DNA from: Fimicolochytrium jonesii
Taxonomy: Eukaryota
Direction of reading: 5' to 3'
Assembly: GCF_025526975.1 (NCBI RefSeq)
Contig: NW_026515681.1
Coordinates: 558,001-622,000, forward strand
DNA: 64,000 nucleotides
Positions within the stretch are counted from its first letter, which is position 1. Each line of letters opens with the position of its first letter. This document shows positions 43,737 to 56,054 of the stretch, piece by piece. The notes beneath the pieces are model-generated. The model was given only the letters and a program-made list of their open reading frames with translations, had not been told where the DNA came from and did no database searches. The translations under genes and the position numbers were made by a program.

Positions 43737-46700
43737 TCAGTCCGCATTGGTGTCGTCCTTGAGGAGAGCGTTGACGAATTGCGACGGCTTCGGCACGGTG
43801 GAATTTCCTTTGCGGGTCTCGATGGCCCGGGACACGGCTGCGAACCGAGAACTCTTCTTGAGGATTTGCCGGCGGAGTCGCAACCAAACACTTTCCGAAC
43901 GCTTGGAGGTGTGGAGGTTGTGAACGGTCGCATTGGCCGGATTCTTGTAGCGGATCTTGAGGCCGGGAAGGAGGAGCTCGGGCGTGATCGGGAAGGGCGT
44001 GAATGCGCCGTCTGGCAAACCGGCGTCCTTTGGATGAACGATCTTGTAGAGAGGCATCGGGATTCCGGCCTTGACGTAACGCGTGATGGTGTCGTGGATC
44101 TGACGAATGTAGAAAGACGAATCTTGTAGGACCTCGCCGCTGCTGGTAGCAAGGCTAGCATTGCCGATAGCGGAGATCGGGTTGGGACGGGGTGAGCCAT
44201 TGGAGGGCTTGGCTCCCGAAACGTCGGCAAGTGTGCGGTTCACGAGGATTGATTCGTCACGTCGGTGAACCTGAGTAGCATCCTTTTCCCAAAAGACCCA
44301 AAATCCGTACTGATCGTTCAAGAATCGTCGTGGTGGCGTCATCCAATAATCGTACAGGGCAAGATTGTACTGGTTCATCTTTCGGATGAATGTGTTTGCG
44401 CCTGACTGGTGCCACTCATCATAGTCCGTTAGCAAATGCGAGAAGGGTTGCCCTTTGTCCAGGCGTTCCATAAAGTAACCGAGGAATATATCGGCCTCTC
44501 TGTTCAACGTGTCATCATCGAAATCCTTTCCCGTCTCCCATTTGCCTCTTGCGTCTCCGTCGAAGGCGTTCAATTCGAAGGGGGCGCGATACTTGTTGGC
44601 CTGGCGCTGCCACGATAAGATTGTGGGGACATCGCCTTTCATCGGACCATCTTCCCAATTGTGTTCATAGAGGTTTGCCGTCGCTCTCACTCTGTTACCC
44701 GCCGAGTTGGTGACGTCGACGAGCTGAGGGCGGTAACGACGTTTTTGTAGCCTCCATTGCTGTACCATGTTGTGAATATGATCTTCTTATTGTTGGTGAC
44801 ATGGGTCTCGAGAGGAACCCGGAGAATGTCCGCTATGCCTGTTTTGTCGTCGTTCTTCAGGATCATGGCGCATGTGTTTGTTGCTGCACATGCATTGTCG
44901 ATGGCAACGTCCAGCAAATTGACGAGACCAAAGTAGTGGGCGCCGTTGCCGGCCACGGAGGCATCCGCATTCAGATCGTCCGCCTGAAACTGAGAAGGGA
45001 ATCAGTCGGGTGGAGGTCGGAAAGGTATTCTAGCCCATGAACTACTCACCACCACAAAGGTTCCGAGAGCCTGCACCTTGAGCCACTTGAACACCTCAAT
45101 CAAACTCTGCTCGATTGGCTGCGCAAAGAACGGCCCATCAAAGACGCTCAAGACGGGTCTCGGCAGGTAGTAACCGTTGGTTAACGTATTCCCGTTGAGA
45201 AGCAAGTCGACATTGAGCCACCGGACACCGTTATTGAGCTGTGCGACGAAACCTTGCTGTGTGGCCTTATGGCAAGACCACAAGGCACTTATGCCCACCG
45301 ACCCCGTCCCCATGCCGGCATTATGCTGGCCCCTGAAAGCGATCCAAGGAATGGGCAACCGGCAAATGTTTTTGTCTCCATTGCAAATGTAGTTCTTTTG
45401 CCCGATTGGGATCGTAGGAGTCGTGGGGTTTGGCGGAGTGATGGGGACTGATGAGAGCACCGGAAGCGCTCTCGCGGCGGCGGCGATGGTGACGGGATTC
45501 GTATTCAGATCGGTGGCCCAAATCATGATGCCCCCCATACAAGCTTTCTTGGCGAATTCGAACTTGATCGCCCACGTTTCCGGATCATCATAAGTGACGA
45601 GGTCGCCGTTGGCGGTGAAATACTTGGTTCCGGTGGCAGCATCCAGCTGAGGCCGGACACCCGACTGCTGAATCATTTCCTCCACTTCGAACTGCGCAAG
45701 ATATCCGGTTTCACCGGAACATTTTCCGGCCCTGCCACCGCCAGTCATCGCGCAACCGTAGCCTTGGCAGCCCGGATTGACCAACTTGAAGCTGCGTCCA
45801 TAGTACGCCACTCCCAGGTTGAGCTTGTCGGTAGGGATGCCAGCGCGTATGTAGAGAGCGAGGCTCTCCTCGATTTCTTTCATGCTTGTTTGGGAGGCAG
45901 CCTTCATGTAATGAGCGGGATCCCAGGCACCGGCACTAGTGGCATCCCACGGGCCGTGGAAATCGTAGGCCATGATGTTGATGAACGACACTGCGGGCAA
46001 CACATCGTGCGTTAGTTTGGGAGGAGCTGCCGTTCTTCTGGACCACTCATACGACTCACTGCGGTGTTAAGACCACTCAAGTCGAAGCCTTTCAGGAATC
46101 AGTATCCAGCGGGAGTGGCCATGCTGATTTCTTTCCAGTACGGAAGTTTGGATCGCATGTTCTGCATAAAAGCTGAGAGGTTGGCAGTCTCCGTGGGCGG
46201 GCCGTTCCTTTCGATTGAAGCTGGGTACTCAAAATCGATATCGATTCCGTCGAACTTGTACTTGTCGAGAAACTCTCGGACCGACGCGATGAAGCGGTCT
46301 TGCTTCTCTCGCGTGCTTATCATTTCCGAGAAAAGTGACTTCGTGGGATCATCTTGCGAAAACGCCCATCCACCGACCGCGATGAGGATGTGTGTCTGAG
46401 GAAATTGAGCTTTCCTTGCCACAAGACGGCGAGCCATCGGTTCGTCGAAAGCAGGGTCCTCGAAACCTATAACTCCGTTTTTGATGACTGCAAAGGAATA
46501 AATCATATGAGTAAACCCCGTCATATCCAGTTGTTCTGGCGCCAACGGGCTGCATTTGCGTGCCGCTCCCCTATACATCCGACGAGTTTCAATAGGTAAG
46601 AGATCCAACAGAAATGTACCGCAGAATCCTCCCGGAATCGCTTACCATCCAGCGTAATACCCGACCTTGCGCTTCACGTTGGAACCGTCGCAAGTGCTAG

Positions 46701-47591
46701 GTACTTGTGGCATGAAGCAGTTCGAGAGACATGGAAACCCGTTCGGATCCGGAAGGCAATGCTCCGCAGTAACTCCGCAGTAACTCCGCAGTAACTCCGC
46801 AGTAGCCTCCGGAACTGCAGCAGGCGTTGAGAGGGCATTTCTTGTTGCCGGCCGACTGTGGGCCGCACTCGACTCCATCGACGACGGCGGGGACAGGAGG
46901 CGTGCCTGTGGAAAGGCAGATTCTTGCGCCGTCCTGGATTTTATCACACCCCATCCATCGAAACGTGGCTTGATTGTAGGCTTCGAGCTGTGCGAGTGTC
47001 AAATCGAACTTTGCGGCGATCCCGGAACAGGATTCGCCTGCGAGTACATCGTAAGGGGCGCAGGTTCCGTCGGGGTTCTGTTTGGGTGCACGAGAGGGCT
47101 TCACGCCCAAACCGCAGCACATGCGTTGATTGGCTTGTAGCGCTTGGCAATCGAGTCCTGGATTGGCACGCATGAATGCCGCCAAGCTGGTACCGCAATC
47201 AGTCGCGATCTTTTCGCACCAACCCCCTTCCTTAACTTCCTTGAAACGACAGGTTCCGTCCGGATTGGCTGGCAACATGGGAGGCGGCGGCATGGGGCCG
47301 GCCGAAACGCATAGGCGGTCCCCCGGGGAAATTGCATCGCACTTGAGTCCGGGGTTGAAAGCGAGCAGCTAAGGCAAGGTAATGTGCTGACTTTGAGCAA
47401 CCTTCTCGCACCAATCATTGGCAGCAACAGTGTACGTCCTAAATGGTGGTAGCAACGGAAAAAGAAGGTTATGACGGGCCTAATGTTGTTGATCAAGAAC
47501 TGAGAACCGTAACGAACCTGCAAGGGGATTGGGCCAAGCTCCCTGGCGTGAGAGCCAGGGAGGTAACGAGGAGGAGGCCGCGCATAAGCAT
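43737..47591 (-). pseudogene. Killer-toxin-like (subgroup C) chitinase: signal-3xLysM-CBM18-GH18-PI-PLC-like; multiply disrupted
   Basis: LysM repeats (C..IA.......NPGL.C), CBM18 CPLNACCSSGGYCG, GH18 AVGGW, FDGIDIDFEYP, MAYDFHG, GGIMIW. Lesions: TAG 47369-47371, 11-mer expansion 46762-46805, TGA 46099-46101, frameshift near 44742-44746. Confidence 0.9.
46762..46805. repeat. 11-bp tandem repeat (CTCCGCAGTAA) x4 in the CBM18-coding exon
   Basis: Three perfect copies plus one ending in TAG. Confidence 0.95.
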
Positions 47592-48667
47592 GGCTGGGAC
47601 GTTACGATCGAATAGCAATGCCTGCGAGACCAAGTGGGTCCGGGGCCGCAGTCCCAGCTTCTTATGCTCACCTCCGAGGTCAGCACCTCCCAACGGGAAA
47701 CCTGGTGGATTTTTTTCTCCCGGATGGCGGCATTGCCTCATTTCCCATTCCATTGCCCCCTCTCTTAGCTGTTTTGTACATCTATTTTGTACAGTAGCTG
47801 CATGCAAATCTCGCGTCCGCATGAATCGAGATGCCGCTGGGCCATTATTTCTCTTCCCGCGGGGTGATATTCCGGCGGGGTCGGGATATGGGGCCGAAAG
47901 AGGCCCGCGAGAGAGATTCTGGCGCGGCCTACTAATTCGCCCTCATAGAAGCGCAATTTCCCGATGGAGGGTCGGTCGATCTTCGACACAGCGGGGACGA
48001 AAATAGTGGTCGTAAACGGTCAGATTCCGACGCATCTCCGCTTCTGTCAATATTGGCCCATGCCAATCAGAAAGGAAGGAATTAACCTTCGAGCTTACTA
48101 TATCGGCCAGGAGTTTTCTGGTCACATCCGAGTCTTTTTTTGCACTATCGGTGCAACTGAAAATTTTGCAGATTAGATGTGGTGAGGCCAGGTGCCGAAA
48201 ATGTTACCGTGCCGGTCACGGTACTACTAAGGTTGTAGTGGTAGTTTGCAACTTGCCAACCTCAACAGACTCACGGCGCCAACTCCTCGGTGAAATTGAA
48301 ACTGATAAAATATAGAGAATCGATGCTTTCAAACTTTGAAGTTTGTAGCTCGCCCTGGTGGCCGTAATTCAACCTGCCGGCTGAACCAAAATTAGAGCCA
48401 CTGCGCGCATTCGCTCGACGCTAAAAAGCCTGGTGCAACCAACCGCCAAATGAGGGGACGGACGTAAAGTCGCCAACCAGCCCCGCCTCTCGAGTCTCGA
48501 CTCTTCGCAGGCGAACTCCAAAGCAGCTTTCTGAAATACAGTACAAGCACCGTACAATAATGGCCCGCGAACCCTCCCGAAGTCGCCAGCCTCGCTCTTG
48601 CACCCTCACCCTATCTTAGCCGCATTGCACTCCAGCCTCCATCACGGTCCTCAGAAAGCACTCGGTC

Positions 48668-49738
48668 ATGTCCGCCACCCAAATTACCTACCAAATCCCG
48701 TGCTCGCCGGCGAATAGTTCGACCGCAGATCGCAACCCCTGCCTCGCTTTTCACCCTCGAGCAGTTTGCAGCCCTGCCGCCGTGACCACCACGCAACCGC
48801 TTTTTGACCATGTCTGTACGCTGTCGCCCCAAGATGCTGCCACCAGGGATCAAGCTATCAGCAGCCTCAAAAACCGCAACCTAACACTTCCTGCCAACTA
48901 TTCTTCGACAATTTTCTTTCCGTGTGTGCGGGACAAAGCCGACCCGTCCCTTGAGCTGTGCTCTCGTTCGCCCACATCGATATGTCCTGAAGGATACTTT
49001 TGTGGTCGGATGTACGACTCGACGATTGTGCAGAATGGTCGGACTTCCCTGACGTTAAGCGACGGGTATATCAACGTTTGCATGCGGAACATACCTCAAG
49101 GTGTGGCCTGCTCCAACGGCAACAGTAGGACTTTCGACGCACCCATGGGTTACATCAATGTCACATTTTCTGCTGAAGACGTGAACCGATGCGAAAGTAC
49201 GGAACTGGCATGTTCGGCTACTACTCGGCGGTGTGAGCCCCGGAGTCAGATACCACTGGGCTACCCCGCAATCGCCCCAAACCCTGCAGGATCGGATGTT
49301 CCCCGCCAATGCCTCGTCGTAAAAGGTGCAACCCCACCTTTCAACACCTGTCCCTGTGGTTATCGCTGCATCAACAATGGCACATGCGTGGACGAACGTG
49401 TCGCGAACATCCGGTATCCGTGCGCTAATGCGGATGCCACAGATGTGTGCCCGGTGGGCTGGGGCTGCGACAGCACCCAGCAGTCCATGTCAGGGTTCCC
49501 CGAATGCAAACTCATTGGCACTTATTCACCCGGGGATTTTGTGAGCAAAGGGCGGGATGGCGCAATCGGCACGCCCGCAATCATCATGATTATTGGTGCA
49601 ATTGTGGGAGGCCTGCTTGTATGCATTGGGGGTTGCTACTATAGCGGCAAGTTGATGGAGAGATGCTCGAGGGGAAGGAAGGCGAAGAAGGCGAGGGGGA
49701 GGGCAGAGATGGCAGGGTCTAGGTCCGCTTTGGTATGA
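48668..49738 (+). CDS. Intronless Cys-rich single-pass membrane protein
   Basis: Repeated CPxG(Y/W)xC motifs, hydrophobic helix AIIMIIGAIVGGLLVCIGGCYY followed by a basic tail; no clear signal peptide. Confidence 0.75.
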   Translation: MSATQITYQIPCSPANSSTADRNPCLAFHPRAVCSPAAVTTTQPLFDHVCTLSPQDAATRDQAISSLKNRNLTLPANYSSTIFFPCVRDKADPSLELCSRSPTSICPEGYFCGRMYDSTIVQNGRTSLTLSDGYINVCMRNIPQGVACSNGNSRTFDAPMGYINVTFSAEDVNRCESTELACSATTRRCEPRSQIPLGYPAIAPNPAGSDVPRQCLVVKGATPPFNTCPCGYRCINNGTCVDERVANIRYPCANADATDVCPVGWGCDSTQQSMSGFPECKLIGTYSPGDFVSKGRDGAIGTPAIIMIIGAIVGGLLVCIGGCYYSGKLMERCSRGRKAKKARGRAEMAGSRSALV

Positions 49739-50026
49739 GAGGGAGAGTAGGCGTACCGGCGTATGTGCAGTAGGCTGCCAGATACTGGTTACGACGGGTT
49801 GTTGAGCCTCCCTGTGCAACCCAGAAGTCACCGGCCAGCTGTCAGTCCTGCCCTGGGCTAGGGGTCGTGCTGAAAGGATTTGCATGGGGGTCGGCAACTT
49901 GAGTCGGTGGCTATGCTCGGAATGATGTGTCCTTGGGGCGTCGTAACCAGATATCTGGCAGCCTACTGTAGATGTAGATAGGTCACGGCAATCTTGCGAA
50001 CATAATGATAGAGCGAATGATATACA

Positions 50027-50068
50027 CGCCAAATGTTTGGTGGGATCGCCAAATGTTTGGTGGGATCG
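50027..50068. repeat. 20-bp tandem duplication
   Basis: CGCCAAATGTTTGGTGGGAT occurs twice in tandem. Confidence 0.9.
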
Positions 50069-53000
50069 GAAGTTCGGCGCCAACACCACTTGCGCGATCT
50101 CAATACGTAGGTTGATCTCCATATATAGGTTACTTCTGGAATCCGCAATCCATGCGGTGCGGGTAGATTGGCCGATGGACCCGACGGGTCCCTGTTCTTC
50201 CAGTGACTCTGCAGAGGCTTGAGTAAGTTATATGAATCCTAACGTCAGTTGGGCGCGCTGTGAGGCACCGGGCCTTGGAGGGCAAGGTTCCTCAGACCTA
50301 GCCAGCAAAGAGGCCACGATCAACTGGTACGGTCACCTGCTGTTCTCGAACCCGTTTCTTCCAGGGGATTTCAACCCAGTAGTAAGATGCATCGGCAATT
50401 TCTAAGCTTGTTCAACCTCATACAATGTGTCGCATGAACGCCTCAACTGATCTCGGCGCACAATTCTGGGAATGTCCTGTTCGCTGTCCCATGGATGAAT
50501 ATGAAGATCTTCAATCGTACAGTATAGTCTGTGTCCATATGTCTGCGACCACCTATGACGTCCAGGCCGGCCGTCGCAATGCACACTGACTTAATCACGT
50601 GAGGTTGCAGACATATGGACACAGACTGTACTAGCAAAGACTTCCTCCTCCGTATCGTCATCGCTATCTTCCAACGAAATAAACTCTTCGCCAGCACCTC
50701 GCATATTGACTAGAACCGCTTGAGCAAAGTGCACGAAGAGTAGTTCCGGTTCGGGAAAAAGGTCTCGAAAATAAGTTGGAGTCGGTCCGTTAGGAAGAAT
50801 CCGAGGGGTGGATACTTCTTGCCCGTGCCGTAAGCCAGTGACAGGATGGAATAGATGGACGAAAAACTATTTGGAAAGAACCCCACCAGTCAGGCGTTGA
50901 TGCGGAAGATAATGACAATTGGTCTGACCTTGTTTTCACGTGGCCAGATAGAAAACCGAAATGCGCCAAAACTCTCATGTATTGATGAGGACATGGTCAG
51001 TCTATTCTTGATGTCAAACACAGGGAGATATTGACCTGCAACAGCTGGGAATCCACATAAGAAGTCCGCTCTATCCCGGTCTTCGGCAAACTGTGTTGGA
51101 AGACATGTGGAAGAATTTGTGAGACCCACGACACAGTCTCCAATCTCCATCTACCGCTAGACGTACCCATTTTGTGCCATACTCTGGTGAATCCCTCGAA
51201 CGGAAGCCCCACTGGTCCGGTGTAGCTCGACCATACTCGGGGGCTAGGTTATGGACGTGGTCATATCGCGAGGTAGCCTCCGCTAAATCTTGTCCCTCGT
51301 TTCCTGGAGCAGGCGGAAGGGGATCTCTCTTTTCTGAAGAAGGTCGGCAGGGAAACCCCGCAGACCTCTGCCGCTCGACTGGCGGAGTAGGTGGCAAGCT
51401 GATATATTGTGGATGCTCCGCTGACTTGGGGCTCCCACCACAGGAAGGGCTCGGCAGAAGGACAGCATATACCTCCTCCCTCCCCGCATGATGTTCTTAG
51501 ATAACAAGAATTTCTCATCAGCTTGGTGGGAACTTGTTTACTCCCAGCCAGTCGCTCCCAAACCGACAATGGTACATGCTTGGGTTCAATCTCGCCTGGC
51601 TCCTGCAGCAGCAAGTTCGCATCATTGTCCACCATCCGGTTTGCGGCTTCCGGGCTGATATCCTATCCTTCAAGTGAAAGTTCCGTAAAGAGACCTTCGC
51701 TACTATATCCAATGTCCCGAAGAAGCTTCCCTAGGACAGCCTGCTGCACGAAGGCCAGATGGGATGCGGTCGTAGCGTACGTCATTGCCGCCTTGAACTC
51801 CCTCAGTTCCGCCCCACTCAAAATCAGCACCAGCACCGCAGAGCCAGACTTTCTCCTGTTCAGCAGGCCTCGGATCCTGCCATACGGGACTCCCAAAGCA
51901 GAGCAGTCATCTTTGAGAAGGACAAAGGAAACTCGCGAGGCTACGTCTGTAAGCAACTGGAGTTAGCAGCTTTTCCAAGGGCAAGTTGGCCTCGTAAACA
52001 AGTATCTTACCGACCTTTCAGTACGGGGAGGGCAAGCTCCCCAACTTGCTGGCGGCACACGGTTAGAGGAGAGGGATACGAGCGTAGCTGCAAGGTCATC
52101 TCCTTCGGATACCGTTGTGCTCAGGATGAAACGACGACGGAGCACTGAAGTATCAGGAATCTCTTGTTGCGGCTCAATTTATTGTCCCCGCTGCAACGAA
52201 TGGTTGGCATCCGGGCACGTGATGCGTGTTGAGTGTTCCCAGGAAATGGAACCGTCATGGCTGGCCTCCCCGCACATTGAATGGACCGGGTTGCTTGGCA
52301 CGACGCTACAGCGCTGAAAACAGATTGGGGTAACCGTCAGCTTCAACACTGCTACTGTCATCACTTGACGAGGCATACCTCGGGAAAGCTCCTTCGGAAA
52401 ACCCGGTATCATCCAAGATTTCCTTCCCAAAGTGGACAGAGGAGTTCGTTAAGGGGCCTGAAGACCGGACATTCGTATAACAGCGGCTTTGACAAGCTAA
52501 TAGTGTCCCACCCAGGTAACACATGCACGCATCCATGTGATGTGCGTAGCCTGCCTGTAGCCGGCCGTACTCCGAAGTCGGCGAGCTTCCTGGCTCGGTT
52601 TAGGTGTAGCTTGCCTGGCATTCCATCACGTCTGACACCTTGTTCGAGGCGCGAGAGGCATCCCTGCGTTGGTTGATATCCCAAGTTCTGAATCCCGATA
52701 GAACTCTCATGCCCCAGTAGAGAGCGCCCAGTGCTGTGATTCCATTGGCGTAGAAACGTGTAGTTGTAGTTTCGCTTCTCCTCCTCTTATTTGGGTAGGC
52801 TGCCACATCCATCCTGACTGGCGCTCCTTTCTCTGAAGTCCGGTTGCCCGCGGAACTTACGCGTGATCACTTTGAGGTTTGGTTTCAGCTCGCTTGCTGG
52901 TCCTCCTCGCCAAATCAACCGTTATCCTGTCTGACCACGAGGAAGGCAGCTGGAACCCTTGCAGCGAGGAAGGAAGGTTGCGAAAAAAGCACCTGCTGTT

Positions 53001-53703
53001 GGGGCGGATCGTTGACCTTGCAGCTTGCAAGCGGTTGCTGCTTCGCACCTACGCAGGAATTCTGGCCCCAGAGAGCCCTCCGGTACAACCTGAGACCAGC
53101 TGTACAGGATTGACTGCCACCCAGTTTATCTGGTGACTTGCCAAAGGTGGAAGATGTTGCCGCGACTGTGCTTCTTGGGTTAGGGAAAGTCAAGTTGAAG
53201 CGGCTCATTCTTTCCCACGCCCCATTCTTGCAGCGGCGCGTGGACGCGTGACAGTGAATACTGTAGCTCTGGCCTCAACCTGGGCCTCAACGGTTTGCCA
53301 AATTGCCAGCACGCTGGCCAGCAAGCACGATTTGACAAGAACCCATGGGATTGTTCACAAAAGAGCTGGATAGAACCCGCCACTGGTTGTGGCATCCATA
53401 TATGATACAAAGAAGAAGGCACCCCAAACCTATACTAGCCTCCGCGAAGCACCGAGCCTACAGCGAGTTGGTTTAAGAAGGAGGACCTGGCTCAGGACGC
53501 GAGCCGAGTTGTCTGCTGCCGACACCTCTTCTGTAAGCAAAAGTCGGAATGCAGCCCAGGGTGGAACTTCTTTCCCCTTTTCTTGCACAGCGCAACATGC
53601 CTGACGAAGCTGCGGATAGACGCCTGGACAGAGAGCTGATATAGCGGCTGGAGTTCTCACTCCTGGCAGCCATGGCCAACCTTTGAGCGCTTCAGTACGG
53701 GTC

Positions 53704-53721
53704 GGGTTAGGGTTAGGGTTA
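53704..53721 (+). repeat. Interstitial telomere tract (GGGTTA)3
   Basis: Three perfect units. Confidence 0.85.
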
Positions 53722-54372
53722 CCGATGCATGGCTCCCTCAACACATCAGTCCCTTTTCCTATTGCACCATTTTCAAAACATCGAAGAGCCATTCACCGAT
53801 GCTCCCTAGATAATTCGCGCTGCGAAGAACCAGTTTCAGGTGAGTTCCATTTGAGAATCCTGTAACACACCTCAAGTGGGTAAGGAGGCACGAACATCGA
53901 CTTTTCCCCAGATGTCATTGAGGCTCTACAAGGGCCCGGTGTATGGCGTAAGTGACTGCCACCCAGCAGAGTTTCTCCGGAATTCGTGGAGATTTCGTCA
54001 AAATGGGAATCAATATGCGGGGTTTGCCATGTGCTGCTGTGCATACACTAAGCAGCTAGGGTTCCACCCTGATCTAGGATGTTCGTGACGTCTTTCCTTT
54101 CAACTGGCAGGCCCATTCCTGTCAACACCACATCCTACGCTTGGTCTACGGGCGGCTCCTATTCTCCGGTCTCTATAGATCTAAACGCCGCGTGGTAACT
54201 TGACGTCATATCACCAGCACGAAGAGCAGACTCTTGACAAAGCCCACGAGGCCTGTGAAGGCTGGTCTTTCTTCGTTGTCACTGTAAGGTCTAATGTGCC
54301 GCACCGCCGTTGGGTTCAACGAACATTCTTTCTCAACCCATTGTAAGATACCCGCAGGTCAACCAACCAACC

Positions 54373-55484
54373 ATGGGGGTCGTCTCGAAATATGAAAAGC
54401 TTGCACGAGAGCGTTTCGAAGCAATTCCAGCCGACAAAAAAAGAAAGTTTGACGAATTGGCGGCAGATAATCCCGAGGCCAAAGCTTTTTTTGATCTTTT
54501 TGTAAGCATACCTTCGTCGAAGTTGCCCTTCTTATTGTATTCTGACGCCATGTCTGGGTAGGCAACCGTCTCCAAAACTGTCCAACCGAGCTCCGTCACT
54601 CGAAAGGATCTCATAACCGTCTTTGGCAAGGAGTATGATCCTTTCATGATTCTTGAGGCTAGCGGCAGCGGTTTCACTACCGAGTCTTTTACCATGCCAG
54701 CGGATCTGCCACCAGTCGAAGTCTCTCAGTCATTCGGTAAGCTGTGCTGTGCTGCCATACATCACCCGATACCCTTGTTGACTTTCCCTCATGTGCACCA
54801 TATCCTCTATCAGAAACTCAATGGGCGGACCTTGAAAAATACTTTGATATGCGGTCGGAGCCGCTGACACGCACCTATATTGACTGCATTTCCTTGGAAG
54901 TGATGCGCCACACAGCGCCCGAGCCAACCATGCAGCAGCTGCGTTTGTACGGCGAGATCTCGGCGTCATACACTTCCCCAGAAACCGGGTTAACTCTCTC
55001 AGGAGCTGGGGATTACTTTTTGGGATACGGAGAACGAAGTGGGGAAAGCCTCGAGAACCTTTCCCTAGTTGGAGAAGCCAAGACCCGAGGAACCAAAATT
55101 GGGGACACCATCATTTTACAAACACTTTCCTACATGTTAATGGTCCATGTAGCTCGCAAACGCACAAAGAAAGCTCACCCCCGAGTCTATGGATTCGCGA
55201 CAAACGGTTACGAGTGGGTGTTTCTTGTCATTGAAGACAACGGGAAGCTCGGACGCTCCCGCCAATATGACATAAGGTGGAACAAGGTGGAAATTTGGAA
55301 ACGGCTCAAGTTCGTCTTCGAGGCGGCTCGGGATTCAAGCCCAACAACCACACCGGCCGTGTCACGGGAAGCCACGGAATCTGAATTGGTCGAAGCAGAG
55401 GGCAAAGAGGAGTCGGCGCCATACACGTTCAGGCTCATAACGCAGCATCCACCAATGAGAAGCGACGAAGAGGACCCCGAATGA
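54373..55484 (+). CDS. PD-(D/E)XK restriction-endonuclease-fold protein (Crinkler/HsdR-N-like)
   Basis: Three exons; E...LSGAGDYFLGY...LVGEAK...QTLSYML...VYGFATNGYEWVFL motif series. Confidence 0.8.
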
Positions 55485-55893
55485 AGGCCCTTCCTTTTCT
55501 GACAACGCGGGAAGCCACTGCATCACCACATATTCGGCGTCATCTCTTTTGTCGTTTTTCTCTTCTATTCTTTGTCTGCAAATCTTTATCGTTAGGTACA
55601 GAAGTCGTTCTTGTGATCTGTCGATCTCGGCTTTCACTGTGGAGTAAGAAATCCCTTCCTGTAACGTAGTAGCACGAATATGATCCTCGTCCGTATCCCA
55701 AAATTCTGTTCCAGCGGTTACGGCCAAACATTGGTTTCGATTTTCGATCCCAGTTGATCTTTGCAATACTTGAGAAACTTCACGGTTCGTGTTAGCGGTG
55801 GTCGGGACTCGGCAGAGATAGCTAGAGATGAACGGTAACCGTAGGAGAGACGAAGTCCTATAAGAAGTCTTGTCTAAAGTACAAAAGAGAAGT

Positions 55894-56054
55894 CCCTAAC
55901 CCTAACCCTAAACCCTAAACCCTAACCCCCCGCCTTCTCCATTCCATCCCTCGTCCAACGGGTCCGCTGTTATTTCAACAAGGCTGCCGCCCCCCTGAAC
56001 CCCCCGCCTTCTCCATTCCATCACTCGTCCAACGGGTCCGCTGTTATTTCAACA
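55894..56054. repeat. Variant telomere tract followed by a 57-bp direct repeat pair
   Basis: (CCCTAA)2(CCCTAAA)2CCCTAA at 55894-55925; repeats at 55924-55980 and 55998-56054 differ by one base. Confidence 0.95.

Noticed and set aside
46099..47371. Stop-codon reassignment explaining the in-frame TAG/TGA
   Set aside because: TAG, TGA and TAA all end intact genes in this window, and the same gene also has frameshifts.
55924..56054. CRISPR-like array
   Set aside because: Only two 57-bp repeats with a 17-bp gap, eukaryotic context, no cas genes.
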